Source of the DNA: a virus
Taxonomy: Duplodnaviria > Caudoviricetes
IMG/VR virus record: IMGVR_UViG_3300025316_001101
Length of the DNA: 64,000 nucleotides
Reading direction: 5' to 3' (one strand)
The position numbers were made by a program, and so were the translations under genes. The notes beneath the pieces are model-generated. The model made no database searches. It was given only the letters and a program-made list of their open reading frames with translations, and was not told the origin of the DNA. This document shows positions 9,034 to 17,980 of the stretch, one piece after another. Numbering within the stretch: the stretch's first letter is position 1; each line of letters opens with the position of its first letter.

Positions 9034-9744
9034 CTATATCTTCCTAATTGCTCCCACAAATAAAGGCAAATCCACACCTACAGCGTGCCAAGTATTATTG
9101 CCATTTTCCCCACCTATAGAACTCACAAATGCACGAATTTCACTAGCTGGCACCGCCACCTCCTGCCACTCACCGGTTGCTAATAATTCATTGTACACTT
9201 GTTGAGGTCCAACATACTGATTTCTAAAATCATGAAAAGCAATGATACCACCTACCGCCATTCTATTTCTAATTAATTCACATTCTGCTTTTACTAATTC
9301 ATATTGATGTTGGTCGCTATCTAAAAAAGCATATGCTATGTTATCTTGTATTAAAGGGATGGCGTGCAATGAATAATCTCCCATAAGATGCGGACTTACA
9401 TTTCCGTTACTTGCCTGCAAAACTCTATTACATACTTTGTCGCAGAAATCCACATCGTTCACATAAGCCCACGGCATATTTTCCGGCGATTCTTGGCACG
9501 CATGTTTCCACGCCTCTCGATTACTCAAATCGTAACAAGGATCAATTAAATGATGAGTTCTTCGCCCATTAAAACCACAACTTGCCGCAATAGAAGACTT
9601 GCCAGCATGACTTCCGGTTTCAAATGTTGAGCCTTGCGGAGCCTGTGAGGCAATGTTATAAATTGCTACCATTTCACAAACAGAAATAGCTCCTGGCGTG
9701 GCTTTGAATAATTCAATAATGTCTATTTTTGGTAAATTCATCAT
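9034..9744 (-). CDS. class I SAM-dependent methyltransferase (Methyltransf_24-like)
   Basis: FETGSHAGKS; YAFLDSDQHQYE...GGIIAFHDF. Confidence 0.75.
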   Translation of the reverse strand: MMNLPKIDIIELFKATPGAISVCEMVAIYNIASQAPQGSTFETGSHAGKSSIAASCGFNGRRTHHLIDPCYDLSNREAWKHACQESPENMPWAYVNDVDFCDKVCNRVLQASNGNVSPHLMGDYSLHAIPLIQDNIAYAFLDSDQHQYELVKAECELIRNRMAVGGIIAFHDFRNQYVGPQQVYNELLATGEWQEVAVPASEIRAFVSSIGGENGNNTWHAVGVDLPLFVGAIRKI

Positions 9745-10550
9745 GTTCCTTTTACGTCTGCTGGGTAGTGTATTCCTCCAGCTAATTTTACAAAATTCAA
9801 TATTGCCTCGTATGGCAATACATTCAAATGGCCCAACACTCCGACCCTATATGTGTCCCAACAGAAAATCATATATTTTTCTATTTCTATTGGAGGATAA
9901 AATACATTAGATCCACAAGTAATTCCCAATACATGTTCCATCCATGATAATCTTCGCCTTTTGTCGCCATACTTAGACCACATATAATCTGGATTTACTA
10001 AACATTTTTCAATTTCCGTAAAATCTAAAGTTGAATGATGGCATGCAAAAAATCTAGTAGAGGCCCACATGTGATCAAATTGCGGATCATTGACAGCATG
10101 AGGACTCCACGCACTAGGATACGATACAAATTTATAATTGTCTAATAAAGAAATAAGCCATTGAATATGCTGTGGACCGCTGGTAAATGCAGCACAGTCA
10201 GCATCAAAATGAAAAATATAATCACCTCTCGCCATCATAAACGCATGAAGATAATTAATATCATTGAATTTATCGAAAATTCCTCCGTGATAATATTTTG
10301 TATGCTTTCTCAACACTACTACATCTGCCACCTCTCGTAATGTTGCCAAAACATCTGGTGGCACGTTATTGTGCTCATCCACAAAAACAATTACTTCTAT
10401 ATCGAACCCATCTAAAAAAATTTTCTTGTTCTTAACTCCATCTGTTAAGAAATCTACAGATCGACACCCTTCATTCATTTTTGTAAATGCGGTCTCTTGT
10501 TGCTCAAATCCACTTCTGGTATCGCAGTTTATAATACATGATATCTTCAT
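9741..10550 (-). CDS. putative GT-A (GT2-like) glycosyltransferase
   Basis: KISCIINCDTR, IEVIVFVDE, DxD motif YIFHFDADC. Confidence 0.6.
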   Translation of the reverse strand: MKISCIINCDTRSGFEQQETAFTKMNEGCRSVDFLTDGVKNKKIFLDGFDIEVIVFVDEHNNVPPDVLATLREVADVVVLRKHTKYYHGGIFDKFNDINYLHAFMMARGDYIFHFDADCAAFTSGPQHIQWLISLLDNYKFVSYPSAWSPHAVNDPQFDHMWASTRFFACHHSTLDFTEIEKCLVNPDYMWSKYGDKRRRLSWMEHVLGITCGSNVFYPPIEIEKYMIFCWDTYRVGVLGHLNVLPYEAILNFVKLAGGIHYPADVKGT

Positions 10551-10553
10551 ATA

Positions 10554-11336
10554 CTATTTCCTTTTCAGAACCACTCTTTCAAAATTATATACATTCGCCA
10601 TAACTCCACTAGACGACGTAATGATATAATCATGCTCAACAATAAATTTTTCTATATCTGCTAAACTATCTCCTTCTTTCTCCAAATGCAATGGATGCAA
10701 TTCCAAAAAAATAATGGGATGGTTTTGTTCAATTACACTCGCAAGACCTTGAAGAACTTTTAGTTCGTGCCCTTCAACGTCTATCTTTATAACATCTGGC
10801 ATAAAACTCTCTCGACCGCACAGAGAATCACCAGTTGTTTTTTGCACCACAATCGCTCTGGTATCAGCCGTGTTCAAAGCCTGTTTCACAACAGCATGAT
10901 CCCACTCAAAACCCATGTCTAAAGTACCAAAAGCATTTGATAAAGCTACATTCTCTGCACGAATCTTCAAATGACAATTAGCTTGTATATTAATAGCTAA
11001 TTTCGGATGTGCCTCTGGTGAGGGCTCAACAGCTACAGCTTGTTTGTTCTGTCCACTAGCTGCAAACGCAAGCGAAAACACCCCATGATACGCCCCAACA
11101 TCTAATAAAGCATGTCGATCTCTTGTCATAGACAAGAACCCGTCCATCTCTTCAACCATTGGTGGTGAACGGAAGCAAAAAAATTCAAATGGAAATCTTG
11201 ATTCTGCACATATCTTGAACTTTATTCCGTCTCTTAAATAAAATTCATCTAAGGCCACGTTTTTATTCAAAGCTTCGTGCGATAATCTATATCTTTCCAA
11301 CACTTCATCCATTATCATGGGTTTGCCTCTCTCCAA
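10554..11336 (-). CDS. FkbM-family methyltransferase
   Basis: LLDVGAYHGVFSL, VAVEPSP, DVIKIDVEGHELKVLQG, IIFLELHP. Confidence 0.88.
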   Translation of the reverse strand: MERGKPMIMDEVLERYRLSHEALNKNVALDEFYLRDGIKFKICAESRFPFEFFCFRSPPMVEEMDGFLSMTRDRHALLDVGAYHGVFSLAFAASGQNKQAVAVEPSPEAHPKLAINIQANCHLKIRAENVALSNAFGTLDMGFEWDHAVVKQALNTADTRAIVVQKTTGDSLCGRESFMPDVIKIDVEGHELKVLQGLASVIEQNHPIIFLELHPLHLEKEGDSLADIEKFIVEHDYIITSSSGVMANVYNFERVVLKRK

Positions 11337-12037
11337 AGTCTAATAAACACCGGCATCACTTGTCCCGTCTTACCACCGCCGTTAGCATGCACGACCATAG
11401 GTTCCGTTCCTGTTATTTTGTTCTTAATGCCGGTATTGCTTACCTCGTAATTTTCGAGCAACTCATCGTGCAAGGTTTGTGCTATTTCACACCTAACGTC
11501 TAATTTCATTGGCACCGGCTGCTGTGTGAACGCCTCCAAAAAATTATCTTGATCATTGGAATGGAACATTGACCCATCTGGTTTTCTATAATCGTCCGGT
11601 TGTAATTCAAGTCTCAAGTGTTTCAACAACGCTATAATCGCCTCCGTCTCTCCTATAAAAAATCCAGAATTCAAATGTTTGAAAGGAGTGCCAACGTCTG
11701 GATACCTATCCGCCAGATCCGTTCTGGGGAATAAATTTCTTTCTGCATTAAAAACAATAGATGTATTAAATGGTAGATATCTATTCAGAAGTTCTTCTGG
11801 ATTTCTAGTGATCACCACGTCCCAACAATCCGAAAACACCATGTATTTATCTTTTACATTTCCGGCTAATAAGTATTCCAAAAGAAGCTTGGGTTTAGAG
11901 ATCAATCCATTAAATCCTCCATGTTCCCCCAATACAATTGGATTGTTTCCATACTTCTTACACGACTTAAAAAAATCATCATAGCAATAATATGGCTCTA
12001 CCGGCTTTCTATTAGACACAGTAATTATTTTTATCAT
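11315..12037 (-). CDS. PLOD-type (procollagen lysyl hydroxylase GT domain-like) glycosyltransferase
   Basis: MVFSDCWDVV, IVFNAERNLFP, FKHLNSGFFIG, DQ..F, KLD..CEIAQTL, VVHANG. Confidence 0.8.
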   Translation of the reverse strand: MIKIITVSNRKPVEPYYCYDDFFKSCKKYGNNPIVLGEHGGFNGLISKPKLLLEYLLAGNVKDKYMVFSDCWDVVITRNPEELLNRYLPFNTSIVFNAERNLFPRTDLADRYPDVGTPFKHLNSGFFIGETEAIIALLKHLRLELQPDDYRKPDGSMFHSNDQDNFLEAFTQQPVPMKLDVRCEIAQTLHDELLENYEVSNTGIKNKITGTEPMVVHANGGGKTGQVMPVFIRLWREANP

Positions 12038-13005
12038 TATAATACACTCCTAATGGATGGAATAAAATATTCGTCCACATATCTTCTTGGGCGATACTTA
12101 TCTGCTGTTTCTTGAGACCTTAAATATATTTCATATAAATCACTTCTTCGTGTTGCCTCTAGTAAATCGTCATGCATGCAATCCCTACGAATGACTATAC
12201 AGTTTACTCCGTGCTCAAAAGGATAAGACCACGCCAATTTATCATCTGTTAAAGCCATAATAGCCCCCACATTGGCTTCACTATGCCTAAAGCATTTCAT
12301 ACCACATCCCGGCAAACTCACACTAATTTTAGATCTACTTTGTGCCCTGATAATTTCACCGTAATGCACACGTGAGAAATGGGGTGTGAATATGCTAACC
12401 CACACCTTTCTTTCAGATGCGTTGTGATGGAAATATGTGTCTAGATGATCCCATTGTGAAATAATCCCGTAATTCTTTTTGGTAAAAATTTCACCATGCA
12501 ATCTCGGACGAAGCGGATTTGACTCTCCCCAATTGTAAAACACATCTATTGACCTAGCATCGAATTCGTCCCTATTCTGAATTGGCTGAGCGTCCATATG
12601 GCAAAGATACTCTATTGGCTTCAATCGATTATTTGCATCTTTGGATAATAACTCTCTCTTAAAATACATAATGGGAGGACGGTTTCTAATAAATTCGTCA
12701 AACAGCATCCATTGATCAAAATTACTTTCCCACCTCTTTCGGAACTCACTTGTATTTTTGCCAAAAACATGCGTATCCACTGGCTGCCAATCCCAACAGT
12801 ATTCGACAAAATCCACCAATACCCAAGGTTTGTTAATCCCTCTCAACGCCTCATTAAATCTATAATCATGAAAATAAGACACTCCCACAATTACAATATC
12901 GGCTTCATTTATATTAGAAACCACATTAAGATGACTGTATAGATGTGAAATTACTACCGACTCCATCCTATTATAGGAATCTGCATTTAGAATGAATACC
13001 CTCAT
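12037..13005 (-). CDS. putative GT-B glycosyltransferase, paralog of 8086..9027
   Basis: Likely start ATG 13005 (MRVFILNAD); IDVFYNWG, RSKISVSLPGCGMKCFRHSE, YPFEHGVNCI. Confidence 0.6.
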   Translation of the reverse strand: MRVFILNADSYNRMESVVISHLYSHLNVVSNINEADIVIVGVSYFHDYRFNEALRGINKPWVLVDFVEYCWDWQPVDTHVFGKNTSEFRKRWESNFDQWMLFDEFIRNRPPIMYFKRELLSKDANNRLKPIEYLCHMDAQPIQNRDEFDARSIDVFYNWGESNPLRPRLHGEIFTKKNYGIISQWDHLDTYFHHNASERKVWVSIFTPHFSRVHYGEIIRAQSRSKISVSLPGCGMKCFRHSEANVGAIMALTDDKLAWSYPFEHGVNCIVIRRDCMHDDLLEATRRSDLYEIYLRSQETADKYRPRRYVDEYFIPSIRSVL

Positions 13006-13093
13006 TACTCTGTACCTTTCAACGTTTGTAAAAGCTAAATGTGAAATGTTGTGTGGCGTTCTATGTGCGTACTTTGGGAATATCGTTGGCTGT

Positions 13094-13252
13094 CTATGAT
13101 TTGCGTTTATCTTTCCGTTTCTCTTTCCGTTCATGCGGCCACTCCCGTCTCACTGGTTCACCAAACACGGGTCTGGCAAACACGGCTACGCAATTCGTGC
13201 CTGTTCCCTCTTCCCTTAATTTAAGCCACTCTTGAAATGTAGTGTGTTTCAT
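13094..13252 (-). CDS. 52-aa CTS-bearing peptide; not in ORF track
   Basis: Manual translation MKHTTFQEWLKLREEGTGTNCVAVFARPVFGEPVRREWPHERKEKRKDKRKS. Confidence 0.7.
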   Translation of the reverse strand: MKHTTFQEWLKLREEGTGTNCVAVFARPVFGEPVRREWPHERKEKRKDKRKS

Positions 13253-13262
13253 TTTTATTTCC

Positions 13263-13727
13263 TTACATCATTCCACCCAATGCACCCGGAGGCCCTGCCG
13301 CAGCACCACCCATTGGGCCACCACCGGGCAATCCTCCTCCACCAGCACCCGACAAACCCTGGGTGACCATTTGGTTGAATTGTTGAATAGGTATCGTGTA
13401 TACCCTTGTATCTGATTTATCGTCTGGAATTTTGGCGTACTGATCTCCGAACTTCTTGTACACTTTCCTGGTCTTGATTGCCGGATCATTGTTTAGCTGG
13501 ACCTTTACGGCTGTAATCTTGTTATCACCATCCCGCATAATATCTACCACTGTATAACCACTCAAATTATACGTGTTTCCGCCCAAAGTGAAATTGCTTA
13601 AAACTTGCGGACTTTTCTTCAATAGGTCTGGATCAATACCCAATTCGTCCTGTATTTGAGAGAAATAGTCCGCAGGTTTTGGGGCCTGCAATTCCATGAA
13701 ATTCTTAAACGACAGATTGTTCATCAT
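13263..13727 (-). CDS. hypothetical protein, CTS-like N-terminus, Gly-rich tail
   Basis: MMNNLSFKNFMELQ...GGGLPGGGPMGGAAAG; ATATATA box just upstream. Confidence 0.7.
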   Translation of the reverse strand: MMNNLSFKNFMELQAPKPADYFSQIQDELGIDPDLLKKSPQVLSNFTLGGNTYNLSGYTVVDIMRDGDNKITAVKVQLNNDPAIKTRKVYKKFGDQYAKIPDDKSDTRVYTIPIQQFNQMVTQGLSGAGGGGLPGGGPMGGAAAGPPGALGGMM

Positions 13728-13759
13728 GAAATATATATCACTGAAAGCTAGATAATAAC

Positions 13760-14203
13760 ATGGATACATTGTCATTCAAACTCTTCATGAAAGAGGCTGT
13801 AGAAAAGGACCGCATCAAAGATATGATCGAAGGTAACAACTTCGTTCTTTTCTTTCGTAAAGCAGGAGAGATTTACGGTGCTCCAGAAGAAAGCCGATTA
13901 GTCTTCGCTAGGATGAAGAATCCTGATAATGACCTACCATCCGGCTGGGTAAAAGAAGCCAATTTTGTAGCCGTCAACTTCGACAAGGCACTCAAAGGAG
14001 AAAAGGTTCGCAACATCTTCACCCATAAAGATTTGAAATCCATCGAAATACTCGATAAAGATGAAGCTTGCAAGGCCCTCTGCGCAAAGGCCGACAAACT
14101 TCCCGATGACAAGAAACAGATCAAAAAAGATCTCAAAGAACCAAAAGATTCCGATGAGTCGCCCGCCAAAGCAGCCAATATGGACAAGCTAGGAGAAAGA
14201 TGA
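13760..14203 (+). CDS. hypothetical protein, CTS-like N-terminus
   Basis: MDTLSFKLFMKEA; CTAGATA at 13748-13754. Confidence 0.7.
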   Translation: MDTLSFKLFMKEAVEKDRIKDMIEGNNFVLFFRKAGEIYGAPEESRLVFARMKNPDNDLPSGWVKEANFVAVNFDKALKGEKVRNIFTHKDLKSIEILDKDEACKALCAKADKLPDDKKQIKKDLKEPKDSDESPAKAANMDKLGER

Positions 14204-14868
14204 GCCTCCCATTCGAGCCAGAAAAAAACAAACGCAAATACCAGTGTTTTGTTTGTGGCGTTCAATTCGATGATTTTTTCGAATACAAAACCCACATTCC
14301 CGAAAAACACGAAGAGGGCCGGGAATATGTTCTTTGCCCACTAGACAGGTGTAAAGCCCCAGTGCGAGATGTTAAACTGCATTTTAAGGTAGCCCACCCT
14401 AAAGAATCATTGCCCAAAGGCTGTATGATGAAAGCCATGATTTGGAAGGATTTCTCCTCAAAAGGTAAAGGTAAAACCAAGAAGCCCAACTACAGAGAAG
14501 GAGATTACGCTTCAGTTAAAATGAACATGATGTTCCATTATCGATCCGGCTACGAAGAACAGGTGTATAATTGTCTGGACATTCTAACAGAAGTCCACGC
14601 CTTTGCCGCCGAGCCGTTCAAAATCCCCTATATATTCAATGGAGAGACACATCACTATACGCCAGACATATTAGTCTCATTTACTAATGGCAATAAAGAA
14701 GTCTGGGAGATTAAACCAGCCAACCAAACTAATCTTCCAGTCAATAAGGCTAAATGGGCCGCAGCAGAAGTGGCTTGTAAACTACGTGGATGGAACTTCA
14801 AAGTTATTACCGAGCAAGAAATACAAAAGCTCAAAAAACAAGTAAATGAACAACATGTAGAGATGTGA
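14200..14868 (+). CDS. TnsA-N / T4 gp4 head-completion-like PD-(D/E)xK nuclease with N-terminal C2H2-type Zn fingers
   Basis: CFVC...H...H, CPLDRC...H...H; YRSGYE...IPY...YTPDILV...WEIKP..QT...KWAAAE...GWNFKVITE. Confidence 0.7.
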   Translation: MSLPFEPEKNKRKYQCFVCGVQFDDFFEYKTHIPEKHEEGREYVLCPLDRCKAPVRDVKLHFKVAHPKESLPKGCMMKAMIWKDFSSKGKGKTKKPNYREGDYASVKMNMMFHYRSGYEEQVYNCLDILTEVHAFAAEPFKIPYIFNGETHHYTPDILVSFTNGNKEVWEIKPANQTNLPVNKAKWAAAEVACKLRGWNFKVITEQEIQKLKKQVNEQHVEM

Positions 14869-14882
14869 TAGTCTGGCCAATC

Positions 14883-15428
14883 TTACAACATAGGCACTCC
14901 TTTACGACGAATAATTACCAAGTCGTCATGCCTTGATTTTACATTTCGTAAATCGTATAAATCACAATTCGCAAAGGAGCTTTTAAGCAACAAAGCTTCA
15001 TCAATAGAAGCAACATCTTCTATGATAATTTTACCGTTTGATTTTAATAATTTATGGTAATGATTCAATGTAAATTTTTGGGTTTCAAAAGAATGAGGCC
15101 CATCATCTATGATAATATCAAATTTACCAAATTGTTCCACAGTCGCTATCTGGTAAGCGTCCCCTATTACAATGGAATAGTTACTACCCACTTGCGGAAT
15201 CAATAAATCACTAGCATTAGAATCTATTCCTGTAATTCTTCCATTTGGAAAAAACTTAGACCAAAGTAGAACACTATGCCCTTTACCGACTCCAATTTCT
15301 AACAAATCGATTTTATCGTATTGGGATAAAATCTTATCATAAACCATAGAAATGTAACAGTGACGGGTTTCTTTATCGGTTGTTGGGAAAAGACTTGTGT
15401 TTTCTAAATAGAACTGTAATAATCTCAT
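14883..15428 (-). CDS. class I SAM-dependent (O-)methyltransferase
   Basis: LLEIGVGKGHSVLLW...ITGIDS...FDIIIDDGPH...GKIIIEDV; start ATG 15428 with GGAG upstream. Confidence 0.8.
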   Translation of the reverse strand: MRLLQFYLENTSLFPTTDKETRHCYISMVYDKILSQYDKIDLLEIGVGKGHSVLLWSKFFPNGRITGIDSNASDLLIPQVGSNYSIVIGDAYQIATVEQFGKFDIIIDDGPHSFETQKFTLNHYHKLLKSNGKIIIEDVASIDEALLLKSSFANCDLYDLRNVKSRHDDLVIIRRKGVPML

Positions 15429-15507
15429 CGCTCCACCATAACGTAATAGCAACATCCTGCTACAATAAGTATGATGTCGTTTGTCAGTAATATATCGCAA
15501 TGTAAAC

Positions 15508-15538
15508 GAAAACGCCCGGCCATAGGCCGGGCGTTTTC
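15508..15538. terminator. hairpin, CGCCCGGC family
   Basis: GAAAACGCCCGGCC-ata-GGCCGGGCGTTTTC directly after the 15544 stop. Confidence 0.75.
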
Positions 15539-15543
15539 TTGCA

Positions 15544-15876
15544 TTAACGCATGCAATGCTTGCGATGATGTTTGTGGTGATGTCTATGGTGTCCGTGATG
15601 CTTGTGGCCTTTATGGGCCTTGCCTTGACAACCATGATGGCGATGATGCTTTCCAGCCTTCTTCACTACATCCTTCTTGGCTACGTCCTTCTTGGCTACG
15701 TCCTTCTTGGCTACGTCCTTCTTGGCTACGTCCTTCTTGGCTACGTCCTTGTGACCATCCTTATGCTTTGCCACAACGGGCTTAGATTTGGGATCGGCCT
15801 TGGTGGGTTGATGCGGAGCACCAAATCCAACAACAGACATACATGCAAACAAAATCAATGCTAATACGTATTTCAT
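15544..15876 (-). CDS. secreted low-complexity Lys/His-rich protein
   Basis: Signal peptide-like MKYVLALILFACMSVVGFGA; (KKDVA)n; His-rich C-terminus HHRHHHKHHRKH. Confidence 0.7.
   Translation of the reverse strand: MKYVLALILFACMSVVGFGAPHQPTKADPKSKPVVAKHKDGHKDVAKKDVAKKDVAKKDVAKKDVAKKDVVKKAGKHHRHHGCQGKAHKGHKHHGHHRHHHKHHRKHCMR
15666..15750. repeat. 15-bp tandem repeat (about 5.5 copies) encoding KKDVA
   Basis: CTACGTCCTTCTTGG units read directly. Confidence 0.9.
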
Positions 15877-15940
15877 ACGTTTCTCCTAAAAAAGGTTGAT
15901 ATTAGTATTAAACCCCGGATATGTAATAAAGTTTCGAAAA

Positions 15941-16405
15941 TTATGTGTCTCTACTAACATTTCCCTTACATTGACACCCGCTACCGCACTTTTGGACCAC
16001 TTTATTAACTTCTTCAGTCTCCGCCGCTCGATCATGAAGGTGACGAATAGCCTTTTCCGACTCCTTACGACGTTCTCCGAAACGTCGCATTAACGTTTCG
16101 GATCTTTCCATATCGAACTTCTGATACACATCAATGTCGCCATTAACATCAATAGCATCAGTTTCATATGGTCCAGCCACACGGCGTTCGTATTCTGCTT
16201 TAACCGCCGTAAGCACACCGAGAGTCCTATTGATGGCATAATATCTCCAACCGCCTTCTGGTTTCATTACCCTATTAGTAATTGTGGTTAGCACATAATT
16301 TAGCACACCCTCAATTTCGTCTTCAGAAAAACTCTCTAAATCATTAACAATTTCTCTGATAGAATCTTTAAGTTGTTTGCGGTATTTTTTCTTTATATAA
16401 GGCAT
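15941..16405 (-). CDS. conserved phage hypothetical protein (MPYI... family)
   Basis: MPYIKKKYR...GVLNYVLT...GVL..VKAEYERRVAGPYE..I..NGDI pattern. Confidence 0.6.
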   Translation of the reverse strand: MPYIKKKYRKQLKDSIREIVNDLESFSEDEIEGVLNYVLTTITNRVMKPEGGWRYYAINRTLGVLTAVKAEYERRVAGPYETDAIDVNGDIDVYQKFDMERSETLMRRFGERRKESEKAIRHLHDRAAETEEVNKVVQKCGSGCQCKGNVSRDT

Positions 16406-16413
16406 GATTTCTC

Positions 16414-16806
16414 CTATCGACTTATTACTTGGTACATTGGTTCAACATACACTGGTTTTGGCGTATCTTTAACGGTAAAGTCATTGTTGTTCAATGCCTT
16501 TTGTGCTTCTATCCACTCTTTTTGAGCCACATCCAATCGGTCATAACTCCCACAACTTTCTGTTCCATCCTGTATATTCACATATACATGATACTTCCCA
16601 TCCTTGTGAATGATTGCGTCTCCGCTAGCACATCCCAAAAATGATTTCCCTTCATTCACATATAAAGGCACAATCGGAGCTACTTTGCTTTTTAGCTCCT
16701 TGGTGGCAAAATTGACAAATGCCAATATGCCAGATTCTTGTTCTACAGTAAATCCATCGCCCTCTTCAGACAAAAATTTGTACATCAATTTTTTAAGTTC
16801 GTTCAT
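16414..16806 (-). CDS. hypothetical protein
   Basis: 130 aa ORF, operon tiling. Confidence 0.6.
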   Translation of the reverse strand: MNELKKLMYKFLSEEGDGFTVEQESGILAFVNFATKELKSKVAPIVPLYVNEGKSFLGCASGDAIIHKDGKYHVYVNIQDGTESCGSYDRLDVAQKEWIEAQKALNNNDFTVKDTPKPVYVEPMYQVISR

Positions 16807-17595
16807 TTAATCACCTTTCGTTACCCTAATTGAATCACTATCCAAATGCTGAGTAGAAGTTTCTAAAAGTATAGAATCTTCCTCAGCAAACATCTGATGT
16901 CGCATTCCTGGCGGAACATGGAATGTCGTCTCTGGCACCAAAATAATTGTTGCAGCTTGGGTAATATCATCCACATTACCGTAAGTCAATCGCAACCTTC
17001 CCGACTGTAAGAAAAACGTCTCATCTTTTCTTACATGATAATGCCAAGAACATTGCTTGTGCTTATTGAATTTTAGTATTTTACCACAGTATAAATGGTT
17101 GTTTGTCATCCATGTTTCTGATCCCCATCCTTTGGGAACATATGTCATTCCTCTCGACAGACTATCTTCATCTGTAATTAGCACATCACTTTCTGGCAAC
17201 TCGGTACTTGCATCCTCATTTACAACCGACGCAGGCAAATTATCTAATTCCTTCGGCAACAACCCGATCCGTATCATCTCCTGTGTTTCCAAAAGGCAGG
17301 CAGAGTTCCACATAATTGCACTCAAATGATCTTCATCTTTCATTCCGGCCATAAATTTGAATGCATGTCGCATCATGGAATCTAAGTATCGACGCAATGG
17401 AATGCCTTTACGCCAATTGTCATCTCCATACTTTTGGCTGCCGTTTTCAAAATGCTGTGCTAAACGAGTAATAGCATAGTATGGCAGCAAATCAAAGCGA
17501 CCTTTCCCCTCCTGGGTATCTCGAACAGCACCGGTGCCAAATTCCTGTCGCTTACCAGAGTCTACAACTTTATTAAATTGTTGCATAAGTCTCAC
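16807..17595 (-). CDS. dATP/dGTP diphosphohydrolase N-terminal domain (DUF5664-type) fused to a cupin domain
   Basis: GAVRD..GKGRFDLLP...GSQKYGDDNWRKGIP...DSMMRH...DHLSAIMWN; C-terminal VPKGWGSETW..YCGK.L...CSWHYH..KDETF...VPPGMRH. Confidence 0.8.
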   Translation of the reverse strand: MRLMQQFNKVVDSGKRQEFGTGAVRDTQEGKGRFDLLPYYAITRLAQHFENGSQKYGDDNWRKGIPLRRYLDSMMRHAFKFMAGMKDEDHLSAIMWNSACLLETQEMIRIGLLPKELDNLPASVVNEDASTELPESDVLITDEDSLSRGMTYVPKGWGSETWMTNNHLYCGKILKFNKHKQCSWHYHVRKDETFFLQSGRLRLTYGNVDDITQAATIILVPETTFHVPPGMRHQMFAEEDSILLETSTQHLDSDSIRVTKGD

Positions 17596-17668
17596 CTACA
17601 TAAAAATGTATATTCGGAATGGATAATCGTTAATTGTATGCTATGATAGAAGAAAGGTCAAGACTAAC

Positions 17669-17980
17669 ATGAAACAACCAATTTGTAAAAATTGTAAACT
17701 ATTCGACGCCAAGCAAAAACGCTGCGCAGTCATTGTCATCTACGAAGGCGAAAAGTACAACTTACCAGTTGAAGCCAATGATTCATGTTTTTACGAAAAT
17801 GAATTCCTAGCGTTGAATGAAGAAAACCAAATTGAAACCTTCAAACCAAACATCCAAGAAGTGAAGTTCTGGGTTGAAGATCCGATAACCGGCGAAAAGA
17901 CGGATAAACCGGGCAAAGTTCGCATTGAATATCCCGTTGGATTCTTTGGAGACGAAAAACAGATTATTGATCTACCATAG
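17669..17980 (+). CDS. hypothetical protein with N-terminal CxxC
   Basis: MKQPICKNCKLF..; extended -10 TGCTATGAT upstream. Confidence 0.6.
   Translation: MKQPICKNCKLFDAKQKRCAVIVIYEGEKYNLPVEANDSCFYENEFLALNEENQIETFKPNIQEVKFWVEDPITGEKTDKPGKVRIEYPVGFFGDEKQIIDLP

Noticed and set aside
15471-15864. Plus-strand ORFs with (YVLLG)n and (PSWLR)n repeats
   Set aside because: Other frames of the 15-bp KKDVA repeat; the minus-strand ORF has a signal peptide, an SD-like site and a terminator
16807-17595. Complete Z-genome (2-aminoadenine) pathway
   Set aside because: No PurZ or HD-type dATPase in the window; only one associated domain is present
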